This document shows positions 41,701 to 54,583 of a stretch of DNA of 64,000 bases, in pieces. The stretch is from the NCBI RefSeq assembly GCF_009914755.1, contig NC_060929.1; one strand, written 5' to 3'. Under the pieces are notes generated by a model. It saw only the letters and a list, made by a program, of their open reading frames with translations, was not told the DNA's origin and ran no database searches. This DNA comes from the human T2T-CHM13v2.0 reference genome, Homo sapiens. Numbering within the stretch: position 1 is the stretch's first letter; every line of letters begins with the position of its first letter. The position numbers were made by a program, and so were the translations under genes.

Positions 41701-44700
41701 TTTATTCTTTCAAAGAATCTACTCCTGGATTTGATGATCTTTTGCATGGCTTTTGATTTCTCAGTTCCCTTCAGTTCAGCTTTGATTGTGATTATTTCTT
41801 GTCTTCTGCTAGCCTTGAGGTTGGTTTGCCCTTGTTTCTTTAGTTCTTCTACGTGTAATGTTAGGTTATTAATTTGAGATCTATCTGACTTTTTGATGTG
41901 GGCATTTGGCACTATAAACTTCCCTCTAAACACTGCTTTAGCTGTATCCCAGAGTTCTTGTATGTTGTATCTTCGTTCTCATTAGTTTTGAAGAATTTCT
42001 TGATTTCTGCCTAATTTCATTGATAACAAAGTAAACTCATTGTTTACTCATGTAAGAGCAGGTTGTTTAATTTTCATGTAATTGTATAGTTTTGAGTGAT
42101 TTAATTAATATTGATTGCTATTTGTATTGCCCTGTGGTCAGGGAGTTTGGTTGATATGATTTCAGTTTTTTTGTTTTTTTAATTTGCTGAGGATTGTTTT
42201 GTGTCCAATTTTGTGGTTGATTTTAGAATATGTGCCATATGGTGATGAGAAGAATGTATATTCTGTTGTTTGGGGGATGGAAAGTAATGTAGATATCTAT
42301 TAGTACAAGTGTTGAGTTCAGGTCTTGAATATCTTCTGCCTCAATTTTCTGCCTCGATGATCTGTCTAATACTGTCAGTGGCATGTTTAAGTCTCCCACT
42401 ATTATGTGGAAATTTAAGTCTCTTCATAGGTCCTAAGAATTTGCTTTATAAATCTGGGTGTTCCTAAGTAGGGTGCATATATATTTAGGATAGTTCGTTT
42501 TTTTGTTGAATTACACCTTTTACCATTATGGAATGCCCTTCTTGTCTTTTTTTAATCTTTGTTGATTTAAAGTCTGTTTTATTTGAAATTAGAATAGCAA
42601 CCCCTGCTTTTTTCTGTTTCCCCTTTGCTTTCTAGTTTTTTTCTCCATCCCTTTACTTTGAGCCTATAAAGGTCATTGTATGTGAGATGGGTCTTGTAGA
42701 GACAGCATACCATTGGTTCTTGCTTTTTATCCAGCTTGCCACTCTGTGCCTTTTAATGGGAGCATTTAGCCCGATTGCATTCAAAGTAAATATTGATATG
42801 TGTGGATTTGATCCTGTCATTGGGTTGTTAGCTGGTTATCATGGAGACTTGTTTATGTGGTTGCTTTACAGTGTCAATGGTCTGTTTACTTAAGGTGTTT
42901 TCTTTTTTGTTTTTTGTTTTTGTTTTTGTTTTTGTTTTTTTAGGGGCTGGTAACAGTCTTTCCTTTCCATATTTACCACTCCTTTCAGGACTTCTTGTAA
43001 GCGAGGTATGATGATGTAATGAATTCCCTCAGCATTTGTTTGTCTGAAAAGGACCTTATATTTCCTTCACTTATGAATCTTAGTTTGACTGCACATGAAA
43101 TTCTTGGTTGAATATTCCTTTTGTTAGGAATGCTGAATATAGGCCCCCATTATCTTCTGGCTTGTTGGGTTTCTGCTGAAAGATCTGCTGTTAGCCTGAT
43201 GGGGTTCCCTTTGTAGGTGACCTGTTCCTTCTATCTAGCTGCCTTTAACAATTTTTTCTTTCATTTGACTTTGGGGAATCTGATAATTATGTGTCTTGGG
43301 GATGGCATTTTGTGTAGTATCTTGCAGGGGTTCTCAGCATTTCCTGAATTTGAATGTTGGCCTCTCTAGTGAGGCTGGGAAAGTCTTCATGATGATATCC
43401 TGAAATATGTTTTCCAAGTGGCTTTCTCTCTACCCATCTCTTCCAGGGATACCAATGATTTGTTGATTTGGTCTCCTTTCAAAATTGCATAATTCTCAGA
43501 AGTTTTGTTCATTCTTTTTTATTCTTTTCTCTTTATTTTTCTCTGGCTGAGTTAGTTCAGAGAACCAGTCTCCAAGCTCCAAAATTCTTTCCTTACCTTG
43601 GTCTATTCTGCTGTTAATAGTTGCAACTGCATTATAAAATTCTTGTAGTATCCTTGTCAACTCTGTCAGATCAATTTGGTCCTTTCTTATAATGGCCAAT
43701 TCATCTATCAGCTCCTGATTTATTTTATTGTAATCCTTGGATTCCTTGAATTGGGTTTCAACTTTCTCGTGAATCTCAATAATCTTCATTCCTATCCATA
43801 TTCTGAATTCTATTTCTGTCATTTCTGCCATTTCAGCCTGGTTAAGAACCCTTGCTGAGGAACTAGTACAGTCATTTGGAGGAAAGAAAACACTCTGTCT
43901 TTTTGAGTTGCCAGAGTTCTTGTGCTGGTTCTTTCTCATCTGTGTAAGCTGATGTTCCTTCACTGTAGTATAATTTGAGTACAGTCAGCTGACTTCTTTT
44001 CTGGATGTTTTCAGAGGGCTGAGGCTTTGTGCAAGATCTTTATTTGTAGCTGAGTTCTTGTCCTTGGTGTCACAGGGGATGTATATTAGCAAAGTATTTT
44101 TGGTGTTGATGTTTGGGCCATGATCCAGCAGATGGTGTTTAAGCATAATGGCCAGTAGGTAGACTCTTGCTCAGCCACGTGACTCCTCTGTATTTCTTCT
44201 CAATTGCAACCATGTTCCCTCTTAGTGCTCTGAAAGTGTGGGCTCCTCTCCCACTGGAGTGCTGGCTGTGGGTCTCAGGTTGGCACTCCCGGGCTGCACA
44301 CCACAGCCATGGTGCAAACTCAGGCTTTATGTTCCCTCCCCATCTTGGAGCAGCAAGGAATGTGACCTTGACAGTCACTGTGGCTGAGGGCCTTTCACTT
44401 GTCTTTTGAGATTCACCCCAGAGAAATGCAGAGCTCCAGCCAGTCAGTGCATTTGGCCCAGGGTGGGGCAGCTGTATTGCAGGCCCCAGTCAGGTGGCCC
44501 TGCCTGGTAATGAGCAAGGATGGCAAGGGGCTTATCAGGGAGACAAACTGACCTCTTATCCTTTGGGTGGTCATGGCTTGCCGAAAGTGTGGCTAAAGTA
44601 CTAGGGTCTTTGCTCCTTTCCCAGTCCAAGGGTAGTACCACTGCAGTGGCAATGGCAGAGGGGCTTTCAGTTGCTTCTGGGAGCTCCACCTCAGAGAAAC

Positions 44701-45870
44701 ACAGAGCTGCTGCTACTGAGGATGTTCAGCCAGATAATGGGTTTGCTGCCCTGCTGGCTCAAGCTGTGGGTCCCTCTTGGTGAAGAGTGGGTAGGTAAGG
44801 ACTCACAGGGAGGAGAGACAGGGCTCCTCTATGTATGGCAACTGTGCTGTGCTGGCAATGAGAGTAAAGGCCTCAGTCTCTTTGTTTCTTCTCCAATCCT
44901 TAGGCAACAGGGGCAGAACCACTGCCATGGCAGTGGAAGAGGAGTTTTTGGTTGCCTCGCAGAGCCCCTCCCCAGGGAAACACAGAACCACTAACAGTGG
45001 GAATGGTCAGCCAGGGTTGGGGTGGCTACTCTGCAGTCCTAAGCTGGGGGTCCTGCTTGGTGAAGAGTCAGGGATGGAGGCTTACAGGGAAGAGACACTG
45101 GGCTCCTCTCCATGTAATGGATGTGGTGTGCTGGAGGTTCCAGCATAGTGACAAGGCTCTCTGTTCCTTCGCCAGCCCCAGAGCAGTAATAAAAGTACTA
45201 CAGCTACAATTGCAAAGGGGTTGTGGGATGCCTCTGTGATTTCCTCCTCAGAGAAATGCAGAGCGGTCATTGACTGAAGTGTTCAGCAGGGAGTAGGGTG
45301 ATTGTGTTGAGGTCCCAGGTGGAGAGGGACTGCCTAGTGAAGAGTAGCAGAGGTGGGGACCCATATGGAAAACAGTCTGGCCACTTTTTCATAAAGCACC
45401 TTCACTGTGATGGGGGTTCGCATTTGTCCGCAACTGCGATGCTACCTTCCAAGCATAGAGGAGCAACAGCTGTGGGCAGCAAAAATAGCAGCCTCCCTGC
45501 TTCTTCTGGGAGCTCCATCCCAGGGAAGTGCAGAGCTCAAGAGCTCAGGCAGGGGGTGGGTGGAGTCCTTCCTCTATCAGGTCCCCTTATCCAGAGAGCA
45601 GTAGTAGAAGTGATGACCCACGTGAAAAACAGTCTGGCCACTTTTCTGAAAGGCAGCTGCACCGTGCTTGGAGTCCGAGATAGTTCCTAGTCACTGCGCA
45701 TCCTCCTGAGCCTGAGAGCAATTGGAGTGATGGCTGCAGAGCAGCAGAAATGACAGCCTGCCTCTCCCTCTGGGAGCTCCACCCCGGGGAACTGCAGAGC
45801 TGCAGTGCCCAAGAATGAAGGCAGAGCTGCAATGGCCTCGCTAGCAGCCCAGGCCAGTAGGCCTTTCCCT
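38742..45870 (-). mobile_element. Near full-length old primate L1 (L1PA13-16-like), inactivated
   Basis: 3' end at ~38750; ORF2 pieces (40954-41349 [28 protein letters not shown]; 41676-41933); ORF1 coiled-coil piece 43496-43963 (MRKNQHKNSGN..); GC-richer 5'UTR at 44.0-45.87 kb; many stops and frameshifts. Confidence 0.93.
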
Positions 45871-48800
45871 GTAATTCTTCTTTTAGAGATCTTTCACCTC
45901 CTTGGTTAAATACGGTTTATTTTTTGTGTGTGGCTATTGTAAATGAGATTGCTTCTTGACTTGGTTCTCAGCTAGATTGTTATTCGTGAACAGAAACATT
46001 ACTGATTTCTGTATGAAAATTTTGTTTTCTGGAACTTTACTAAATTCATTTTTAAAATCTAAGGGTTGTTAGTGAAGTCTTCAGGGTTTTCTAGATATAA
46101 GATCATATTATCAGCAAATAGGGATAATTTGACTTCTTTTCCAATTTGGATGCCTTTTATTTTTATTTCTTTTGCCTGATTGCTCTGGTAAGGACTTTCA
46201 GTACTATAAGAGTGGTAAAACTGGGCATTCTTGTCATGTTCCAGTTCTTAGATGGAATGCTTTCAACTTTTCCCCATTAAGTATGATGTTGGCTGTGGGA
46301 TTTTCATAGATGGCCTTTATTATGTTGAAGTAGGTTGCTTCTATGCCTAGTTTATTGAGGAGTTTTATCATGAAAGTTGCTGAATTTCACTGAAGGTTCT
46401 TTCTACATCTAACAAGATGATCATAGGGTTTTTGTACTTAATTCTGTTTATGTAATAGTAATATATCACGTTTATTGACTTGCATATATTGAACCATCCT
46501 TACATCCCTGGGATAAATCCCAACTGATCATGGTTTATTATCTTTTTGCTGTGTTGTTGGATTTGATTTGCTAGTATTTTGTTGAGGATTTTTGCATCTG
46601 TGTTCATCAGGTTATTGGTCTGTAGTGCTCTTTTGTTGTTGTGTCTTTGTCTGGTTTCGGTATCATAATGATATGGGCCTCATGGAATGAGTTAAGAATT
46701 CTCACCTCTTTGATGTTTGGAATAGTTTCAGGAAGATTGGTATTAGTTCTTTATATGTTTCTTCTTTGTATCCACAATTCAGCTATGAATCCATCTGGTC
46801 ATGGGCTTTTTTTTCTTGGAAGTTTTTTTTGTTACTGATTTAAAATTATTACTCATTATTGGCCCATTCTGGAGTCCTATTTCTTCCTAGTTCAATCTCA
46901 GGAAATTGTGTGTTCCCAGAAATTTAGTCACTTCCTCTAAGTTTTCTAGTTTGTGAAAGAATAGTTGTTCAAAACAGTCTCTGATGATCTTTTGTATTTC
47001 TGTGTTATCAGTTATAATGTCTCCGTTTTCATCTCTGATTATGTTTATTTAGATCTTCTCTCTTCTTGGTTAGTCTAGCTAGTAGTGGCATATCAATTTT
47101 GCTTAGGTTTTTGAAGAACCAACTTTTCATTTTATTGATGCTTTGTGATTTGTGGGGGGAGTCTATATTTCATTTACTTCTACTCTGATCCTTATTTCTT
47201 TTCTTCTGATAAATTTGGGTTTAGTTTGTTCTCTTTTCCCTGTTCCTTAAGGTGCAATGTTAGTTAATTCATGATCATTTTACTTTTTTGATGTAGGCAT
47301 TTAATGCTATAAATTTCCCTCTTACAGCTTTTGCTGTATTCCACAGCTTTTGTGGAGTATTATGTTTTCATTTTTATTCACTTCAAAAAATTTTTCAATT
47401 TCCATCTTAATGTCTTCATTGACCTAGCAATTATTCTGGGGCATGTTATTTAATTTCCTTATATTTGTATAGTTTCAGAAGTTCCTCTTAGTATTTATTT
47501 CTAGCTTTATTCCACTGTGGTATGAGAAGTTACTTGATATAATTTAGATTTTTTTATGTCTGTTGAGACTTGTATTGTGGCCTAATATATGCTCTATCTT
47601 GGAGAATGTTCCATGTGCTGCTGAAAATAATGTATATTCTATAGTTGGGCAGAATGTTCTGTAAATGTCTGTCAAGTTTATTTGTTCTATCTCATGAGGC
47701 AAATTGGATTTTTTTAAAAATTTTATTCTAAAGTCCAATTTAAAACCAATGTTCCTTTGTTAATTTTCCGTCTCAGTGATCTGTCTAGTGTTGTGAGCGA
47801 GGTGCGTTAAAGTCCCCTACTGTTGTTGTATTGCTATCTATCTCTTTCTTTAGATCTAGTAATATTTGTTTGGTAAATTTGGGTCCTCTGATGTTGAGTA
47901 CATATATATTTATTATTATATAATGAACTTCTTTGTCTTTTTATACTTTATTTTAAATCTGTTTTATTTGATATAGATATAGCTATTCTTGCTTGCTTTT
48001 GGTTTCTATTTGTGTGGAATCTCTTTTTCCACCTCTTTACTTTCAGTATATATGTATTTATGGGTAAGGTGAATTTCTTGTAGGCATCATATAGTTAAAT
48101 GATGTTTCTTGATCCATTCTGCCAATCTGTCTCTTAAGTGCAGTATTTAATCCACTTATATTCAAGGGTAATATTAATATGTGAAACTTTTTTCCTGCCT
48201 TACTGTTGACTGTTTTCAAGTTGTTTTATAAATTCTTTCTTTCTTTTTCTCTTTTTGCCTTTGTGTTTTGATGAAATTTTGTCATGTTGCTGTTTGATTC
48301 CTTTCTCTTTCTCCTTTGTGTGATGGGTTTATACAAACTGTGAGTTTTATATGTCCATGTGTTTTCATGGTGGTGAATACTAAACTTTTGTTTTCATGTT
48401 TAAGATCATTTAGAGTATTTCTTATAGTCCCAGTCTAGCAGTGACAATTTCCCTCAGCATTTGCTCATCTCAGAAAGACTTTGTTTCTCCTTTATTTATG
48501 AAATTTCTTCTGGCAGGATACAAAATTCTTGGTTGATACATTGTTTTTCTCAGCACTTGAAAAATGCCATTTTCTTCTGGCCTCTAAGATTTCTGCTGAA
48601 AAGTCCACAGTTAGTCTGGTGGGGTTTCCCTTATAGGTAACTAGGCACTTTTCTCCTACTGATTTTAGAATTCTTTCTTTCACTTTGACTTTAGACATTC
48701 TGAATATATGTTGTGGTGGGGTCTTTTTTCAATGTCTTTCCTTGGGGATCACTGGGCCTCCTGAATCTGAATGTCTCTCTTGATAGACTTGGGAAGTTTT

Positions 48801-51110
48801 CATCGATTGTTTCTTTAAATATGTTTTCTAATCACTCTTTCCCTTGAGAACACCACTAATTCATAAGTTTGGGTGCTTTATATAGTCTCAGATGTCTCAA
48901 AGGCTTTGTTCATTCTTCTAATCCTTTTTATATTATTTTTGTCTGACTGGATTATTTCAAAAGTCCTGTCTTCAAGGTCTGAGATTCTTTCCTCTGCTTG
49001 GTCTAGTCCATTATTGTAGCTTTAGAATGTATTTTTTTATTTCCTTGAGTGAATTTTTTAGTTTCAGAGTTTCCACTTGTTTGGGTTTTTTCTTTTTTTT
49101 TAAGATCTTCATCTCCTTGGTAAATTTCTCATTCATGTCCTAGATTGATTTTCTGATTTCTTTGCATTGGTTTTCAGATTTCTCTTGCATCTCATTGAAC
49201 TTATTTAAAATCAATATTTTGAATTATTTATCCGGCATTTCAAGGAATTTTTTTTATTGGTATCTATTGATGACAATTGTTCTGTTCTTTTGATGGTATA
49301 TTTGCCTGCCTTTTTATGTTTCCTGTGTCCTTCTGATGATTTCAACCTCTGTCTCCTGGGTTCAAGCAATTCTCCTGCCTCAGGTTCCCAAGAAGCTGGG
49401 ATTACTGGCACATGCCACCACACCCAGCTAATTTTTGTATTTTTAGTAAAGACAGGGTTTCACCATGTAGGCAAGGCTGGTATCAAACTCCTGATCTCAA
49501 GTGATCCACCCACCTCAGCCTCCCAAAGTGTTAGGATTACAGGTGTGAGCCACCATGCCCAATCTTTGTTCCAGTCTTTGGGTGGGGCACAGCCTAGCAT
49601 TAAACTCTCAAAATCTTTGTTTTCTTAAAATTGCTTTTGTAGGAGAGAAATTTTTCCTCAGGATGTATGTATGTTGTTGATTAAGATACGTTGGCTTTGA
49701 TTTTGGGTGCCTGAAGTACTGTGATCTTTGTATGACTTCTTCAGTAGTACACAGAGTCAAAGGTCTGTGTGATTTCCTTGGTGACTTAGGGTACAGTTAT
49801 TAGTTGAAGTTGTGATGAAGTTTAGCTGAAGATTTGGATGCCAACTGAACCAGCCTTCAGGCCCTGGTGGTGGCAGCAGTGGGTTGACTGTGCCTGTTTT
49901 TAGGCCTCAGGTCAGCCTCCACTGGCTCTGGTGTCAGTGGGTCCTGGAGGGCTGAATTTTAGGCTTCCAGGTGGCTTTCTTAGAACCCAGTACTGGGAGT
50001 GGTGGGCCCAGTATGTGGTGTGAGTTCTCAGGCTTCTGGGCAACTGGTATTTCATGTAGGTGATGGCAGTGGAGAAACCCACTGGGACCCAAAAAGTCCA
50101 TGTTGGTGTTGCTGGAAGCTACAATGTGTTGGGCAAGTTAGTCCCCAGTCCCACAGACACCTGTAGCATGGCAGTGTGTACTGTCCTAAGAGTGCTTAAG
50201 AGAGCTTTGTCTTCTCTGTCCCTCCCTGAGCTGGGTGGTAGCTACAGCTTAATTGCCTCAAATTCAGTCCAAGTGTGGGGCACAGCCCAGCATTAAACTC
50301 TCAAAATGGTGCCAGCTGCCAGCTTGTGACCTGAGAGGGCAGGGCCCATCTCAGGCAAATAGCATGAGCAAGAAGCTGTGGGGAGTGTGATTCTCTTGAG
50401 TCTCAATCTTACAGAAGCCCATAGGGACAGCCTGGCTTCCTTGTTTCACCTCAACCAGGTGGTGGCTGCAGCCATGTCAAGTCAAACTTGGCCAGAGGGT
50501 GGGATGTAGCCCAGCATTAAACTCTTAAAATGGCATCTTGGGCCTGTGACCAGGGAGGGCAGGGTTCCTCCCAAGCAGACAGTGTGGGCAAGAAGCTGTG
50601 GGGAGTACGGTCTACTCATGTCCCAGTCTCAACAGCAGCCTTCAGCAGGGCAGCAGGGACCCTTCCAGGGGTGAATGGGAATGTTTGTTCTCCCTTCTCC
50701 CTCTTTGGAGAAGCTCAGCAGCAGCAGCAGCCACGTCTGTAGATCCCCCGGTCTCTAGGATCAAAATGACTCCCAGCTGAGATGCTCCAGGGTCAGATAC
50801 CTACAAGATTCTGTGTGGATGCCTTTTCTGGAGCAACATCTCTGTGCAATCTTTAGGCAGCTCTGTATGTCAGACCCATTCCCTAGTAGGTCGAGGATTT
50901 CTCCCTTGGGCAAGATGACAAAACCCCATTTTGGAGCCCTAGGGTTTTCTCTCTTACTGTTTCCTCATGTGCAGGAGCCTCTCCCAGCTCTCAGTCAGTT
51001 CCCAGCTGAGCAAGCTGCCTCAAACCCTCTACTTACTTACTTTGGGTGCTTCCGATCTCTTCTCTTCTCTGGCTTATCCTAGCATTCTTTTCTATGAAAT
51101 CTGTTCAAAA
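45871..51110 (-). mobile_element. Second old L1 (L1PB/L1M-like): 5'UTR, ORF1 and 5' part of ORF2; 3' half missing
   Basis: EN-domain piece 47544-47738 (LTDIYRTF..FSAAHGTFSKIEHILGH); ORF1 C-terminal piece 48492-48698 (TYKGNPTRLTVDFSAE); a different 5'UTR at 49.6-51.1 kb. Confidence 0.88.
49342..49560 (-). mobile_element. AluS lacking its 3' end and poly(A), inside the second L1
   Basis: Starts abruptly at caacctctgtctcctgggttcaagc and ends at gagccaccatgccc. Confidence 0.9.
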
Positions 51111-51615
51111 TGTGTTGAGATTAGCATTTGAGTCAATAGCCTGAATAAGGCATCTTGCCCTTCCCAATGTAGGTGGACATTGTGTAATATGTTGAGGACC
51201 TCAGTAGAACATAAGGAAGAGGAAGTAGGCATTTATTCATTTTATCTGTCTCACTGTTTGAGCTGGTACATCTCATCTCTTCTTCCGCCTTGCAGCTGGG
51301 CTTTACATCATGGGCTCCCCTGATTCTCAGGCCTTCAGACTCAGACTCTGAGTTATACCACCAGCTTCCCTGGGTCTTCAGCTTACAGATGGCAGATAAC
51401 GATATGATGGGATTTTTCAACCTCCATAACCATGTGAGCCAATTCCTATATGTATTAACATATGTGTGTTTATATGTGTGTGTGTATTTGTATACATATA
51501 TGTTTATATCTGTATACATATATATGTGTGTGTGTGTGTATATATATATCTGTATACATATATATGTATATGTATATCCTATTGGTCTGTTTATCCAGAG
51601 GAACCCAATATATAA
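51111..51615 (+). mobile_element. MLT2 (ERVL) LTR, 5' part missing, with TA/TG tract
   Basis: gagattagcatttgagtc...cctccataaccatgtgagccaattcc...cctattggtctgtttatccagaggaaccc. Confidence 0.87.
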
Positions 51616-51679
51616 CCTAACGCTGTTCAAAGCATCTGCACTCCTATTTGGAGTTTACAGCAATGTAGTAATATGAGTG

Positions 51680-51830
51680 AACCTTTAACATTCTCATTTC
51701 ACAGGTTAAGAAGTGCAGGTTCTAAGAAGTTAAGTGATCTTCCAAGGCCACATGGAGACTTAAATTGTGAGAAGAGATGAGGACCCAGGTCTTCTGCCCC
51801 GAAATCTAGTGTTCTACCCACAGCACCCCA
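51680..51830 (-). mobile_element. MIR SINE fragment
   Basis: ctcatttcacaggttaagaagtgcaggttctaagaagttaagtgatcttccaaggccaca. Confidence 0.7.
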
Positions 51831-52544
51831 CCAACTTGGACATGTGAGAGACAACTAAAATGCTTGCAAATAGTAGACAACTCTGTCTACTATTACAGTA
51901 CACAACTCTGTCAGGCTCCCCAGGTTAGGTCCAAGATTAATAAAAGTCAGACACCCAAGAATGTCACCCTAAGTATCTGGAAGCCCCTGACTTCTGATTT
52001 CTTGTCCAGCAAAGATATTATAATTGATTTGGTTTTCTGTATATTTGCCTTCTGAAGTCATCCAGCTATTCATTCAGTCAATAATAACTGAATATTAATA
52101 GAAAATGTGTTATGTTTGTTGATTAAACATATGCCTACATTTTCTTGGGGGCAAATAAGAGATTTACATGGATTAAAACTATTAAATTTACATTTACAAG
52201 TATATGCCAGTAGATTAAAATCAGTTGACCCAAACCCACGCAAGTTATCCACCAACTTGATATCAAAGTATAATACTACATTCTATTCTAGTAGTTTATT
52301 TTTACAAACATTTATTTTTAAAATAAATAACTCTTAGATTTTAAAATACCAACAAAAACATTGTTTAAATTTCCTGAGAAACTCATCATCATTAGGAAAT
52401 AATGCATTTATATTTAGAGTCAAATTACACTTGACTAAGACTTTATGGATTCAATAACCTACTTCAGGAAATACTACCCCACAACATGGTTTCTTCATAT
52501 ATAATTAATGTTTTCTAAAGTTCTTATTTATTTATTTATTTATG

Positions 52545-53090
52545 TTTTAAAAATCTGTTATTGATTTCCTGCCCTGAGCCATGCTGGACACTGGGGACAC
52601 AAGAGCGAATAAAACAAATTTAAACAATTTTTAGAATCGCCCACCCTCATGGAGATAACATTGCAGGAGGTGGCACAGGGACAGATACTGAAAAAGATAG
52701 GTAGGTAAAATGTAAAGTATATTAGATCGTGATCAATGCTGAGAGGAAAAGTAAAGGGGGGCAAGCCAGGTAGAAGGAGCTGTTGTTTAGACAGGGTGAC
52801 CAGGGCTCCTCATTTGCCCAGAAAAGTCTCACGTCCTAGAAATCCTCAGTCCCAGGCAAAATAGGATCTTTGGTCACTCTAAATCTATATTGAGAGGCAA
52901 GGGAAGACATACTATGAAAATATTCTTTCAGTAAAAAGAACACTTCCAGTAGAGGAAACAGCAAGTAGAAAGACCCTGAGGCAGGAATATGCCTGGCTTA
53001 TTACTTGTGCAAGGTCAAGGATTAGCGAGGGTGGGGCAGTTGTGAGCAAGATACGAGATGAAGAGAAGTATGAGGCTGCAAGGTGTTTCA
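52545..53090 (+). mobile_element. L2 relic interrupted by MER94
   Basis: ctggacactggggacac...ccctcatggag...ccagtagaggaaacagcaagtagaaagaccctgaggcagga; strand is as read here and not checked against the consensus. Confidence 0.55.
52793..52881. mobile_element. MER94-like hAT-Blackjack element
   Basis: Terminal inverted repeats agggtgacca / tggtcactct; internal cctcagtcccaggcaaa. Confidence 0.7.
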
Positions 53091-54583
53091 GAGAAATGCT
53101 CAATGTCCTCCACAGGAAGAAGGAACACCGTCAGTACTGCTAGCTTTGGCTGGGAAGAAACTTACTCTGGATTCTGGCTGTTCCCAGTACTCACTTCTGG
53201 TACTTCTGGAGAAGCCAAGGGGCAAAAGGGGGCAAGAATAATAGTTGAGGAAGAAAAGGGAAAGAAATGAGCCCAGCCACAAGGAAAGGCTCTTCCCACA
53301 AATCCATCTCTCTTTGGAGAGTCTTAGGTTAAATCCTTGAAAGTGCCTGCATATTTATCCCATCTCTCCATTTTTTCTTCTCTGATCTTGCTCAACTGGG
53401 CTCCTTCTGTTTGTTGACAACTCAGGATTTTAAAGTTAGTACTACCACCAGGCATTCCTGCTAATGGAAGAAGTCCAAATTCTATTTGGCCACGAATACA
53501 ATTACACCCACAGAAGTGTATTTTTGCTCCCAGCTTCAGTCTTCTTTTTGCCAGGTAGATAATTTATACAGAGCTGGAAAAAGATTGTTTGGGGCAAATG
53601 ACACAATACATTTGCCACAGATAGACACAGCCTCATATGTGAAACCAAGACAATGAGCAGTTCACTTAACTTTTCAACTCCCATTTCAGCATCCTTTTTA
53701 ATTTAAATGGAGTTGATATTTCTTTACCACCTACTAGCACCAGAAGGGTGTCATAAGGACACTTTTAAAATGCTTTCAACTACTCAGATGAAAGATACTT
53801 TATGAATATTGTGTGATGCTGTCACTGAATCTTCATTCTCACTAGCCTATTTATGTGTCTTTCTTTTTTATTTTCCACAAACATAATCATGTAGTATACC
53901 CATTGTCTGAATATTTGGCAAATTTGCTAACTAGGCATTCATGTGCTCCTTCAGGTGTTTCATCCATATTTATTGATATTCATCAAATAAGCAGGGATAG
54001 TAATGTAGCCTGTTTGCTTTTTTTATTTTCTGCTACTTTAGTTGAAGACAAATTAAATTGTCTCTCAGATGTTATCAGCAGCTGTCAAAAAGCATCCCTT
54101 ACTCAGAGATCTATTTTGTATTCAGAAAGCACAAAATCATATAACACAGTCACTCCAGCAGCACCCTCAGTAGCTATCTAGAGCTGTTTATTGAGGGCCA
54201 ACTATGTGTCAATCATCAAATTTTTTATTGTATCTAGGGAACTTCCAGAAATGGGTAACCACCATGTGACATATGTGATTTCAAAGACTCCCAGCGATAG
54301 CCCCTTCCCTTTAACTTACTTTCCAAAACAGATTCCCTCTAAATAATGTGAGAGGGCACATCACTGGTGCCTGAGGCGTTGAGTAGAGTCTTTGCAAGTA
54401 ACATGAGCCCTAAACACTGCCATGTGAGGAATGACTTAGGTAAGAGTATGAAATAATAAGCATAAGAAATGCATTTGATGGAGATTACACAGACTGTCAC
54501 TGGGTATGTAAGACTTCTGCCTGATAGGAAATAAAGTGCAAAAAAGCAAATACTATATTTTAAAAAATATTTCAAATCATTCA

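Noticed and set aside
40954-43963. L1 ORF1/ORF2 pieces as functional CDS
   Set aside because: They are short remnants broken by stops and frameshifts; the element is not retrotransposition-competent
44100-45870. GC-richer region as a CpG-island gene promoter
   Set aside because: It is CpG-depleted and explained by the L1 5'UTR
51133-51676. 165-aa and 128-aa ORFs
   Set aside because: They run through an MLT2 LTR and its TA/TG low-complexity tract
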